The notes: generated from the letters alone by a model not told the origin. Counted from the first letter of the stretch, positions 48,791 through 58,008 are shown. The stretch: DNA of 64,000 nucleotides from Actinomycetota bacterium (GCA_037445775.1 JBBIJX010000001.1:4889-68888), one strand, 5' to 3'. Numbers and translations are program-made.

Positions 48791-49525
48791 TCACTTCGAA
48801 GCGGACCCCAAGGGAACTAACTCGACGGCTCCCCATGCGGCGACCGCTCCGTCGACAACGGCGACGATGCCATCCACGCCATCGATCGCCCGGCCCGCGG
48901 CGAGCGCACCATCAAGGTCTGCGGCGACACGGATGCGGTTACCGACCGCGCTCGCCGCTGCGTCGGCGAGCGCTCCGCTGACAGCGATGCAAGTCGCCGC
49001 GTTAGCACGGCCGTAGCTCACGGAGGGACCGATCGTGCCACTGGACGTCGCCACGGCGCACGGCAGTCGCTCGGGTCCTACGCGCAGTCCGATGTACGGC
49101 GCATCGGGCCCTGCCCACAGCGCCACGACGCGCTCTACCGAACCCATCAGGTAGATATCGCCGCCGTTCTCGACGATCACCTCCGCTGAGAGCGGCTCGA
49201 TCTCGCGCGCGACGGCCTCGGCGAAGGCGCCGGCCACGCCGGCCATCGGCCCGACACCCGCGGACGCAGCTGCGCGTGCGAGGTCGCGCGCGATTCCCGG
49301 GGCACCCGCTTCTACCGGCACCGGGACGTGCGCCTCGCCGAAGCGCGGATGGCTCGCGAGGTAGGACTCTAGCTCACGGCGGAGCCGCATCACAACACAC
49401 GCGCTGGCCTCGGCCACGTCACACGCCGCGTGGATCAGGAGGTCCGTCTCGGCAGCGATCACACGGAACGCATCGAGTCCAAAGGGGCGGGTTGCCGCCC
49501 GGTATGTGCGAGGCTCCCATGCCAC
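48791..49525 (-). CDS. UPF0280 / ApbE-like superfamily protein
   Basis: WEPRTYR...FRVIAAETDLLI...GVGPMAGVAGAFAE...IVENGGDIYL. GTG 49525 has GAGGAGG 5 nt upstream. Confidence 0.72.
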   Translation of the reverse strand: MAWEPRTYRAATRPFGLDAFRVIAAETDLLIHAACDVAEASACVVMRLRRELESYLASHPRFGEAHVPVPVEAGAPGIARDLARAAASAGVGPMAGVAGAFAEAVAREIEPLSAEVIVENGGDIYLMGSVERVVALWAGPDAPYIGLRVGPERLPCAVATSSGTIGPSVSYGRANAATCIAVSGALADAAASAVGNRIRVAADLDGALAAGRAIDGVDGIVAVVDGAVAAWGAVELVPLGSASK

Positions 49526-49673
49526 AGACGCCTCCTCGGGCTGACGCGCGGATGCGGCAGCGAGGAGTATAGCCGCACGTTCCGACGCAGGCACCCCGTG
49601 ATCCCGCGAGGGGTTGACGGCGTCACAGGGGAATAACGCCCATAGGGACCACCGCATCGGGAAGGGGCACATC

Positions 49674-50708
49674 GTGCGCGAGATCCTCGAGCGCTGCGTG
49701 GAGTTGGACCGAACCGCTCACGAGGCATACCAGGTCATGGCCAAGTCGTGCGACAGCGAGGAGTTGTCTACCGTCTTCGCGCAGCTGGCGAAGGAGGAGC
49801 TGCGCCACGTCGAGTGGTGGTCGGACCTCCTCGAGGCATGGGAGACCGGACTCGTCCCCGATATCGTTGACGAACACGAGCTCCTCGACGAACTCGATGA
49901 GGTCAAGTCCACCATCGGCACCATCATGCCTAGCGATCTCGCCGCACTCGACTGCGATCAGATGCTCGATCTCGCCGCCCGCCTCGAGTTCTTCATGCTG
50001 AATCCCATCTTCGGCGAGCTCGCCGACGTGATGGGTCCCGGCGGTCAACCCGACCGGCGCGACTCCTACGCGCGCCACGTCGCCCGCCTTGCGAAGGCCA
50101 TCGAGCAGCACCACTCAACTGACGGCTCCGCGGTCTTCCTAGCCCGCATGCTGCTGCGGGCGAACCGCGATCTTCAGCGCTTCGTCGACCTCTCCGTCAA
50201 AGACCAGCTCACCGGGTTGTACAACCGGCGCGGCGTGCTCGCTCACCTCAGCCAGTGGCTCGCATGGTCGACAAGGTACGTCCGCCCGGTGGGCGTCGTG
50301 CTCATCGACGTCGACGACTTCAAGACGGTCAACGACAGGTACGGCCACGTGACCGGCGACGAGGTGCTGCGCGTCGTCGCGGCGTCACTCAGGCGAGGCG
50401 CGCGGGGCTCAGACATCATCGGGCGCTTCGGCGGTGACGAGTTCCTGCTGCTCGCACCTGAGACCGGTGGACCGGAGTTGATCCAGGTGATGGAGCGTCT
50501 GCTGGAGCGTGTGCGCGAGACGCCGGTCACGGTCGATGACACCATCGTCCGCCTCAGCGTGAGCATCGGCGGCGCATGGGTGGGCGGCGGCAGCTCGATA
50601 GAGGCCGAGACAGTCATCGCTGCGGCCGACCGCTCCCTCTACGACGCGAAGGAGGCGGGACGCGACCGCGCGAGCGAGCCGCGCCAGGCGTTCGCACCCG
50701 TCACGTAG
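49674..50708 (+). CDS. Diguanylate cyclase (GGDEF with intact I-site) with an N-terminal ferritin/rubrerythrin-like four-helix domain
   Basis: The C-terminus reads LTGLYNRRG...IDVDDFKTVNDRYGH..GD...RGSDIIGRFGGDEFLLL. The N-terminus has E...EELRHVEWW...E-type helices. The preferred start is GTG 49674 (GGGAAGGGG upstream); the track's TTG start is 49614. Confidence 0.85.
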   Translation: MREILERCVELDRTAHEAYQVMAKSCDSEELSTVFAQLAKEELRHVEWWSDLLEAWETGLVPDIVDEHELLDELDEVKSTIGTIMPSDLAALDCDQMLDLAARLEFFMLNPIFGELADVMGPGGQPDRRDSYARHVARLAKAIEQHHSTDGSAVFLARMLLRANRDLQRFVDLSVKDQLTGLYNRRGVLAHLSQWLAWSTRYVRPVGVVLIDVDDFKTVNDRYGHVTGDEVLRVVAASLRRGARGSDIIGRFGGDEFLLLAPETGGPELIQVMERLLERVRETPVTVDDTIVRLSVSIGGAWVGGGSSIEAETVIAAADRSLYDAKEAGRDRASEPRQAFAPVT

Positions 50709-50744
50709 GCCGCCTCGGCGTTCGCACCCGTCACGTAGGCCGCC
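50687..50744 (+). repeat. Perfect 28 bp direct repeat (period 30 bp) spanning the GGDEF stop codon
   Basis: GGCGTTCGCACCCGTCACGTAGGCCGCC occurs at 50687-50714 and again at 50717-50744. The first copy holds the last codons and the TAG of the GGDEF gene. Confidence 0.9.
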
Positions 50745-50768
50745 GCGACCTCGTGTCCGCGGTGTAGC

Positions 50769-51644
50769 TCAGACGCGAGCGGCTAGGTCCGCCGCATGGT
50801 AGCTCGACCGCACGTACGGCGCACTAGCCACAGCGGTGAAGCCGAGGCGGTACGCCTCTTCGGCGAGCGCCTCGAAGCGCTCCGGCTCAACGAAGGCCGC
50901 GACCGGCAGGTGCGCGGCACTCGGGCGCAGGTACTGCCCAAGCGTCAGCATCGTGACGCCAGCCGCCCGCAGATCCGCCATGACATCGATGATCTCGTCG
51001 TACTCCTCGCCGAGTCCGAGCATGAGCCCGGACTTCACGGGAACATCAGGCTCGATGCGACCGGCGTGTTCAAGCACGGCGATGCTTCGCTCGTAGTCAG
51101 CGCCCGAGCGCACGTCCGCGTAGAGGCGCGGCACCGTCTCGACGTTGTGGTTGAAGACGTCCGGGCGCGCGCGCACGACAGTGGCGACCGCCCCAAGGTC
51201 GCCGCCGAAGTCGCTCGTAAGGACCTCGACGCTCGCATCCCGGTGAGTCGCACGCACCGCTTCGATGACGGCGACGACGTGAGATGCGCCACCGTCGGGC
51301 AGATCGTCGCGTGTCACCATCGTGACGACAACGTGCGCCAGGCCGAGCCGCACCGCGGCATCGGCGACCCTCCCGGGTTCGCCGGGATCGGGCGGCTCTG
51401 GGCTTCGCGCCTCTATCGCGCAGAACCGGCAGTCGCGCGTGCACGCGTCCCCCAGGATGAGGAACGTCGCCGTGCTGTCGCCGAAACACTCGCCCCGGTT
51501 GGGACATCGGGCTGATTCGCAGACGGTGTGCAGCTCGAGTTCGTCGAGCAGGCCGTCGACGCGAACGGCGCCGGTATGCGCGAGCGGGCGCCGCAGCCAC
51601 GGTGGCTTGCGGTGCGCGCCGGTCTGGGACGGGAGGTGAGGCAC
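50769..51644 (-). CDS. lipA: Lipoyl synthase
   Basis: It has the radical-SAM motif CTRDCRFC, the N-terminal cluster CESARCPNRGEC, and the C-terminal RSSYHA. Confidence 0.93.
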   Translation of the reverse strand: MPHLPSQTGAHRKPPWLRRPLAHTGAVRVDGLLDELELHTVCESARCPNRGECFGDSTATFLILGDACTRDCRFCAIEARSPEPPDPGEPGRVADAAVRLGLAHVVVTMVTRDDLPDGGASHVVAVIEAVRATHRDASVEVLTSDFGGDLGAVATVVRARPDVFNHNVETVPRLYADVRSGADYERSIAVLEHAGRIEPDVPVKSGLMLGLGEEYDEIIDVMADLRAAGVTMLTLGQYLRPSAAHLPVAAFVEPERFEALAEEAYRLGFTAVASAPYVRSSYHAADLAARV

Positions 51645-51650
51645 GGCGCT

Positions 51651-53033
51651 TCAGACCTTGGTCGAGGCGTCAAGAGCGGCGAACCGGACGACCTCACTCA
51701 CAGAGGGGTGGGCATGGACCGTTTCGGCGAGTTCGCCCACCGTGACCCCGTGACGCATCGCAACGGCGACCTCGTGGATTATCTCGACCGCATGGGGTCC
51801 GACGATCTGACAGCCCACGATGCGTCCGGTGCCCTTCTCGGCAACGATCTGGACGAACCCGTCGCCCTCGCCCTCGCCGAGAGCCTTGCCGTTGGCGGCG
51901 AACTTGGCCACCGCCTGGACCGCGTCGACCCCGCGCTCCTTGGCGCTCTCGCGGCTCGATCCGACGACCGCGACCTCCGGGAAGGTGTAGACGCACGCCG
52001 GGACGCAGTCGAGGCACACCGTCTCGGCGGCCTCAGAGCCCGACAGCTCGGCGACGGCGTTGCGTGCCGCGGCGACGCCCTCCTCCTCGGCTACGTGCGC
52101 GAGCATCAGGCCGCCGATGAGGTCACCGATCGCCCACACGCCCCCCACGCTCGTCCGGAAGTGCTCGTCGACCTTCACGGCACGCCGGTCGAACTCGACG
52201 CCTGCTTCCTCGAACCCGAGACCCGCTGAGTTCGGCACGCGACCAACCGCGCTCATGACGACATCGGCCTCGAAGATGCCTCCTGAACGCAGCGTCGCAC
52301 GCATGCGGCCGCCCTCCAGCCGTTCGACGCTCTCGACTGCGTCGCCCAGGTGGAACTCGACGCCCATCTCCTCGAGCTTGGATTGTACGAGCCGCACCAC
52401 ACGCTTGTCGTTGCCGGGCAGCACCTGCTCCATGAGCTCGATGACGGCGACGCGGGAACCGAACGCGGCGTACGCACAGGCGAACTCGAGCCCGATCACG
52501 CCGCCGCCGATGATGATGATCTCGTGCGGGATGTCGGCGAGCCCTACGGCGTCGTCGCTAGTCCAAACACCGTCGAGTTCGTGATCGATGTTCGGCAGAC
52601 GGAAGACGATCGAGCCGGTGGCAAGGATGATCGCGTCGGCCTCGACGGTCCGCACGCTGCCGTCATCGAGTGTGACCTCAAGGCTGCGAGGGGATGCGAG
52701 ACGGCCGTGCCCGTAGACTACGTCGACCTTGAGCCGCTTCGCGGTGCTCTCGACCTGACCGACCAGCTCGTCGACGACCCACTCCTTGCGCGCCCGCAGC
52801 GCGTCGATACCGACGCTCGCGACCGCCGCAGTGAGGCCGAACTCACGGGCGTGGCGCGTGTCGGCGACGATGTGCGCGGAGCGCAGGATCGTCTTGGTGG
52901 GGATGCACCCCCAGTTAAGACACGTGCCGCCCAGGCGGTCGCGCTCGACGAGCACGACGTCGGCCCCGAGCCGTGCCGCCTCGAAGGCGGCCGCGTAGCC
53001 GCCCGGTCCGCCGCCGAGCACCGCGATACGCAT
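51651..53033 (-). CDS. lpdA: Dihydrolipoyl dehydrogenase-type flavoprotein disulfide reductase
   Basis: MRIAVLGGGPGGY...GGTCLNWGCIPTK...HAHPSVSE. ATG 53033 has AGGAGA 6 nt upstream. Confidence 0.9.
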   Translation of the reverse strand: MRIAVLGGGPGGYAAAFEAARLGADVVLVERDRLGGTCLNWGCIPTKTILRSAHIVADTRHAREFGLTAAVASVGIDALRARKEWVVDELVGQVESTAKRLKVDVVYGHGRLASPRSLEVTLDDGSVRTVEADAIILATGSIVFRLPNIDHELDGVWTSDDAVGLADIPHEIIIIGGGVIGLEFACAYAAFGSRVAVIELMEQVLPGNDKRVVRLVQSKLEEMGVEFHLGDAVESVERLEGGRMRATLRSGGIFEADVVMSAVGRVPNSAGLGFEEAGVEFDRRAVKVDEHFRTSVGGVWAIGDLIGGLMLAHVAEEEGVAAARNAVAELSGSEAAETVCLDCVPACVYTFPEVAVVGSSRESAKERGVDAVQAVAKFAANGKALGEGEGDGFVQIVAEKGTGRIVGCQIVGPHAVEIIHEVAVAMRHGVTVGELAETVHAHPSVSEVVRFAALDASTKV

Positions 53034-53063
53034 GAGATTTCTCCTAACCATCGAACCGGCCGT

Positions 53064-53936
53064 CTAGACGAGTCCGGCGCCCTCGACTACTCGAACGAAG
53101 GCCTCGTCGTTGCCGAGCGGCATGATGTGCACGCCGTCGACGGCGCCCCTGAGCGACTCAACCTGCTCGGTCGCGAGCACGATCGCCTCCTCGAGCGGAT
53201 CGACCGCGTCCTCGATGCGCCGCGCGATCGCCTCCGGCACCATGAGCCCCGCGAGCCGCTCGTTGATGAAGCGGATGACACGCGGGCTCTTGAGCAGCAG
53301 CACACCAGCGATCACCTTCGCCCCCGCCTCCCGAAGCTCAGTCGCATGCTCCGTGAAGACATCGACGTCCATTACCGCCTGCGTCTGGAAGAACACGGCG
53401 CCCGCCGCGATCTTCTGCAGCGCACGCTCGCGGGCGACGTCCCACGGCTCGGCCTCGGGGAAGGCCGCGGCGCCGATGAAGAGGTTGGTGCTCCCGTCGA
53501 TCGGCGTCCCGTTCATGTCCACCCCGTCGTTCAAGCCGGACGCCACGGCGAGGAGCTGCGTCGAGTCGATGTCGAAGACTCCCTTCGCCTTCGGGTGGTC
53601 ACCACAGCGCGGATCGTCGCCGGTCACGATCAGCACGTTCTCGAGCCCAAGGGTCGAGGCCGCAAGCAGGTCGCTCTGCAGCGCGAGGCGGTTTCGATCC
53701 CGGCACGTCTGCTGGAGGATCGGCTCGGAGCCGACGTCGAGCACCGCTCGGGACGCCGCAAGCGAGCTCACATGCAGCGTCGCCCCCTGGTTGTCCGTGA
53801 CGTTGATGGCGTGGCAGTACGGGGCGAGCCGCTCCACGCTTGCGAGCATCGCGGACAGGTCGGTCCCGTGCGGCGGGCCGACCTCGCCCGTGATGACGAA
53901 CTCACCGAGATTGAGCGCGTCCGCAAGCTTGCTCAC
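53064..53936 (-). CDS. metF: Methylenetetrahydrofolate reductase (MetF, anaerobe MetFV type)
   Basis: 290 aa with FVITGEVGPPHG...INVTDNQGA...CRDRNRLALQSDLLAA...VLIVTGDDP. The start overlaps the metV stop by 4 nt. Confidence 0.88.
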   Translation of the reverse strand: MSKLADALNLGEFVITGEVGPPHGTDLSAMLASVERLAPYCHAINVTDNQGATLHVSSLAASRAVLDVGSEPILQQTCRDRNRLALQSDLLAASTLGLENVLIVTGDDPRCGDHPKAKGVFDIDSTQLLAVASGLNDGVDMNGTPIDGSTNLFIGAAAFPEAEPWDVARERALQKIAAGAVFFQTQAVMDVDVFTEHATELREAGAKVIAGVLLLKSPRVIRFINERLAGLMVPEAIARRIEDAVDPLEEAIVLATEQVESLRGAVDGVHIMPLGNDEAFVRVVEGAGLV

Positions 53937-54598
53937 GCGCGGCCCCGTGCTTTCTCGCGCAGATCAAGCGCACCCGGCTTGAGCTTGGCCGAATAGTCCT
54001 TCGGCGGCACCGCTCCGGGAACGGGACGGCCCTGCTTGGCAAGGCGACGCCGTATCCGGACGTGTGTACACTCGCGGTCAGCAAGAACTTCGCACTTCCC
54101 GTCCCACATGCCGCCACACGGGCCGTTCAGAAGCCCCTTCGGACACGTCGTCACGGGGCAGATGCCGGCCGACAGGTCGAGCACGCACTCGCCGCACGTC
54201 TGGCATCGCTCCTCGAAGATGCCGGCGCGGATGACGTTTCCCAGAAACGCGCTCTCAAGCCCGGGGAAGACGGGCTTGTCGACGCTGTCTGCAACGGTTT
54301 GGACGCCCGCCCCGCACGACAGCACGACGAGCGCGTCTGCCGCCTCGATCTCTCCTACGCGCTTGCGCGCTTCGAGCTTGGTGCCACCGAGATGGCATGC
54401 GACTTCGCCCACCGCCCAGCCGGTGACCGCGTAGCCGTCCTCCTCAAGCCGTGCCGCGGCTTCGATGAGCTCACGTTCGCCACCGGTCTTGGCGACCGTC
54501 GCGCACTGCCCGCATCCCACAAGAAAGACACGCCTGGCCGAGATAGACTCCAGGTTCGCCCGGATTCTCGCCCAGTCGCGTGGCTTCGTGATGATCAT
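53933..54598 (-). CDS. metV: MetV, Cys-rich iron-sulfur subunit of methylenetetrahydrofolate reductase
   Basis: 221 aa with CGQC...CQTCGECVL...CPKGLLNGPCGG, the characteristic NGPCGG motif. Confidence 0.8.
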   Translation of the reverse strand: MIITKPRDWARIRANLESISARRVFLVGCGQCATVAKTGGERELIEAAARLEEDGYAVTGWAVGEVACHLGGTKLEARKRVGEIEAADALVVLSCGAGVQTVADSVDKPVFPGLESAFLGNVIRAGIFEERCQTCGECVLDLSAGICPVTTCPKGLLNGPCGGMWDGKCEVLADRECTHVRIRRRLAKQGRPVPGAVPPKDYSAKLKPGALDLREKARGRA

Positions 54599-54726
54599 CG
54601 ATCATGCCTCCGAGTACTTCGGCCGCACGCTCCGCGCGCGAGGTCTCGCCACGATACCTGTTCCCGAAGCCACGCGGCAAACCACGGAGACGGACGTCAA
54701 GCGACGCATGCGGGCGCTCGGAAACC

Positions 54727-57180
54727 CTACCCGCCGAGTACTGCCCGGACCGCCTCGACACAACCCGGAGCGTCCGCGGCGTACCCGGCCCCCACCTGCG
54801 CGGCCCACTCGCCGGTGACGACAGCACCGCCAACGAAGACAGGTACGTCCGAACGGGCCTCGCGCAACGCATGGACGGTATCGCGCATCGCGGGCAGCGT
54901 GGTGGTCATGAGCGCGGACAGGCACACGGCGTCAGCCGGCTCACTCGCCGCGACCACGACACCCGGCTCGACGTCCACCCCTAGGTCGTCCACGTCGAAT
55001 CCCTGGCTCTCCAGAAGCGAGACGCATATGTCCTTGCCTATCGAGTGTATGTCGCCCTTCACGGTGGCGAACACGACCCGGCCCGCCGAAACCGACGCGT
55101 CATCGGGCAGGTGCTCGCGCACCCGCGCCACAGCGGCCTTCATCGCGTCGGCCGCGACCATCAGCTGCGGCAGGAAGACCTCGCCGCGACCGTATGCGTC
55201 ACCGAGGCGCTGGATCGCCGGCGTAAGCACGGCACCGATCACGTCCTCGGGCCGCACCCCGGCGGCGATGACCGCGTCCGCGAGCGCGGGCGCGGTCTCG
55301 GCGTCTCCGCGCAGGACGGCGGCTTCGAGCGCGTCGCGCGGGTCGGCCTGCGCGGAGGCGCCGTCCGGCGTGCCGTCGGCACCACTCTCGGCGACGTCTG
55401 TGCCCGCCGCGGCACGCCGCATCGCCGCCTCGTACGCCGTCTGCCACGCGGGCCACGCCACACCGTGCGCATCGGCATCCACGCCAGCAGAGCGCACCTG
55501 GTTGGCGAGACGCACCGCCTCCATCACCACGTGGTCGTTCGGGTTCGCGATAGCGGCGTCCAGACCGGCTGCGGCCCCTGCCCCGAGGAACGCGGCGTTG
55601 AGCAGAGGCCGGTCCGGGAGTCCGTGGCTCACGTTGCTCACGCCGAGGACCGTCGTCAGGCCGGCCTCGCGCGCGCGACGGGTGACCTCGATCGTCGTCG
55701 CCGGAGCGTTCTCGTCAGTCGCGGCGGTCATGACGAGCGCGTCTACCACGAGGTCGCGCTCGTGAACGCCCGCCGCCCGCGCAGCGTCGCGTATGCGCCC
55801 GACGATCGCCATGCGCCCCTCCGCGTCGTGCGGGATGCCGTCGTCGTCGAGCGCGAGCGCGACGACCGCCGCACCGTACCGGGCGACGAGCGGCAGCACG
55901 CCCGCAAGCGACTCGTTCCCTCCGTTCACGCTGTTGACAAGCGCCTTGCCGGGATAGGTCCTCAGCGCCTCCTCGAGCGCGCGAGTATCGGTGGTGTCAA
56001 AGACGAGCGGCAGATCGGTCGTGGCAGTAGCCGCTCGCACCGCCGCCGGCAGAACCTCGGACGCATCGACACCCGCCGCTCCCACGTTGACGTCGAGCAG
56101 GTCAGCGCCGGCTGCGGCCTGTTCGGCGGCGTAGGCGCGCACAACGCTCATCGAGCCTGCGAGCAGAGAGGCTTTGAGCTCCGGCTTGCCGGTGGGGTTG
56201 ATGCGCTCGCCGATGACCCGCAACGGCGCACGGCGGCCGAGTGTCACGTACCCGCGCGGACCGGCGACGACCGTAGCGCCCGCGAAGCCGCGTCCGGTGA
56301 CCTCGACGCAGTCGCGCTCAGAGATCGCGTCAGCGATCGCACCCGTGAACGAAGGTGACGAGCCGCAGCAGGACCCTACGGCTGCGGCGCCCGCCCGCAT
56401 CGCGGCCTCGGCGAACGCGCCCATCTCGTCCGGCGTGCCCGGAAAGACCGTGCGACCCTCGCCGTCGAGCGTGGGCATCCCGGCGTTGGGCTGCACGATC
56501 ACCGGCAGCGTCGTCGCCGAGACCATGCGCTCGACGAGCGGCAGCATCTGCTCGGGGCCAAGTCCGCAGTTCAGCCCCACCGCGTCGGCGCCGGCCGCCT
56601 CGAGGACGATAGCCGCCGTCTCAGGATCGGTGCCGGACAGGTCCATGCACCCGGAGAGCCCGAAGGTCACGCTCGCGAACACCGGCAGATCCGTCACGCT
56701 CTTCGCGGCCAGCACGCCGCAGCGCACCTCCGAGATGTCGGTGAACGTCTCGAAGAACAGCGCGTCGGGTCCCTCGGCGGCGAGAGCCGCGGCCTGTTCG
56801 GCGAAGGCGGCGAACACCTCGTCGAAGGTCGCAGCACCCAGCGGCTCCATGACGAGCCCGGTGGGACCGAGGTCGCCAAGCACGTGAGCGGCACCGTGAC
56901 GCTTCGCGCTGCCAACGGCGGCCCGGTTCAGCTCCTCGACGCGGTCGGCGAGCCCGAACTCGGCGAGCTTGGGGGCGGTACCGCCGAATGTGTTCGTGAT
57001 GGCGCAGTCGGAGCCGGCGAGCTTGTAGTAGTTGAGCACCTGCTCCACCATCTCCTGCGCCTGCACGTTCAGGAGCTCTGGGCTCGTCCCTGGCATCATC
57101 CCGGCCCGTTGCAGCATCGTGCCCATAGCGCCGTCGAGCACGAGCATCCGGCGCCCGAGCCGTCGCATGATGTCAGGCAT
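54727..57180 (-). CDS. metH: Cobalamin-dependent methionine synthase lacking the C-terminal AdoMet reactivation domain
   Basis: 817 aa from ATG 57180. The modules are Hcy-binding (LDGAMGTML...), pterin-binding (RVIGERINPTGK) and cap plus B12-binding (VKGDIHSIGKD). The protein ends right after the B12 domain. Confidence 0.9.
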   Translation of the reverse strand: MPDIMRRLGRRMLVLDGAMGTMLQRAGMMPGTSPELLNVQAQEMVEQVLNYYKLAGSDCAITNTFGGTAPKLAEFGLADRVEELNRAAVGSAKRHGAAHVLGDLGPTGLVMEPLGAATFDEVFAAFAEQAAALAAEGPDALFFETFTDISEVRCGVLAAKSVTDLPVFASVTFGLSGCMDLSGTDPETAAIVLEAAGADAVGLNCGLGPEQMLPLVERMVSATTLPVIVQPNAGMPTLDGEGRTVFPGTPDEMGAFAEAAMRAGAAAVGSCCGSSPSFTGAIADAISERDCVEVTGRGFAGATVVAGPRGYVTLGRRAPLRVIGERINPTGKPELKASLLAGSMSVVRAYAAEQAAAGADLLDVNVGAAGVDASEVLPAAVRAATATTDLPLVFDTTDTRALEEALRTYPGKALVNSVNGGNESLAGVLPLVARYGAAVVALALDDDGIPHDAEGRMAIVGRIRDAARAAGVHERDLVVDALVMTAATDENAPATTIEVTRRAREAGLTTVLGVSNVSHGLPDRPLLNAAFLGAGAAAGLDAAIANPNDHVVMEAVRLANQVRSAGVDADAHGVAWPAWQTAYEAAMRRAAAGTDVAESGADGTPDGASAQADPRDALEAAVLRGDAETAPALADAVIAAGVRPEDVIGAVLTPAIQRLGDAYGRGEVFLPQLMVAADAMKAAVARVREHLPDDASVSAGRVVFATVKGDIHSIGKDICVSLLESQGFDVDDLGVDVEPGVVVAASEPADAVCLSALMTTTLPAMRDTVHALREARSDVPVFVGGAVVTGEWAAQVGAGYAADAPGCVEAVRAVLGG

Positions 57181-57571
57181 CGCTGCCGCCCGCCTTCCCT
57201 TCGTCGCCTTGCGCACGTCCGTCGGCGGCAATCTCGTCGCCCCTGGCCCGGCCCACGGAGTAACTCGTAGCCATGATCCACATCGCCACGACCCACATGA
57301 AGCCCAGCACGCCCATCTCCACAAGCGGACCGGCACCGTACGCGTCGGTGAACGCCCCCCACTCGCCGGTCGCGACCCCATAGGCGACGCATGCCCCAAG
57401 CGCGACCGCGAACGCGAGCGAACAGCCCCGCGTGTACTTGAGCGCCGCCCGCCCCCCGCGGCGCGCTCCAACGACGAACGCACCGGTGAAAGCGAGCCCA
57501 CCGAGCATCGTCACGACGAAGCCGAGTTGCACGAACGCGAACGTCCACATACGTTCGTAGCCGAAGTGCAC
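57173..57571 (-). CDS. Small integral membrane protein of unknown function
   Basis: About 125-132 aa with four TM helices (MWTFAFVQLGFVVTMLGGLAF...). GTG 57571 has AGGAAGGA upstream, and ATG 57550 is an alternative start. The stop overlaps the metH start by 8 nt. Confidence 0.45.
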   Translation of the reverse strand: MHFGYERMWTFAFVQLGFVVTMLGGLAFTGAFVVGARRGGRAALKYTRGCSLAFAVALGACVAYGVATGEWGAFTDAYGAGPLVEMGVLGFMWVVAMWIMATSYSVGRARGDEIAADGRAQGDEGKAGGSDA

Positions 57572-57605
57572 GCGTCCTTCCTCTCTCGCGATGCCCGGGG
57601 CGTCT

Positions 57606-58007
57606 TCAGAACTCCAGCGCGACCGCGCGCCGCGGACAGGCCACGACGCACGCCTCGCAGTAGACGCAGCGGTCCTTGTCGAACACGAGCGTCTCCCCCG
57701 ACATCGACAGCGCACGCGGGCCGCACACAGCGGTGCAGAGTCCGCACGTCACGCACGCCTCTTCGTCAAGATGGATGTCGCTCGCCGCCTCATGCACCAC
57801 GAGTCCCTGCGATTCGAGGAACAGCATGGCGTCGCGCAGCGCGTCCTTGCCGCCGCTCACTTCGACGAGCATGCGCCCCTCCTGGCCCGGTTGAATCTGC
57901 GCGCGCAGGATGTTCGGCACGATGTCGAAGTCCTTGACGAGGTGGTAGACGACCGGCTTGAGGGACTGCCGCGGGGGAAACGTGAGATCGAGCCGCTTCC
58001 TGGCCAC
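57606..58007 (-). CDS. NIL domain plus 2x[4Fe-4S] ferredoxin protein (MA1822-like)
   Basis: The NIL region reads LTFPPRQSLKPVVYHLVKDFDIVPNILRAQI. The cluster motifs are CVTCGLCTAVC and CVYCEACVVACP. GTG 58007 lies 1 nt after the COG1900 stop, with GGGAGGAG upstream. Confidence 0.8.
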   Translation of the reverse strand: MARKRLDLTFPPRQSLKPVVYHLVKDFDIVPNILRAQIQPGQEGRMLVEVSGGKDALRDAMLFLESQGLVVHEAASDIHLDEEACVTCGLCTAVCGPRALSMSGETLVFDKDRCVYCEACVVACPRRAVALEF

Positions 58008-58008
58008 G

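Noticed and set aside
50687-50744. Direct repeat as a possible CRISPR or minisatellite
   Set aside because: There are only two copies with a 2 nt spacer. One copy lies inside a gene end, and no cas genes are present.
52350-55765. Plus-strand ORFs 52350-53996 (548 aa) and 54062-55765 (567 aa)
   Set aside because: They are antisense shadows of lpdA, metF, metV and metH, with R/A/S/T-rich composition.
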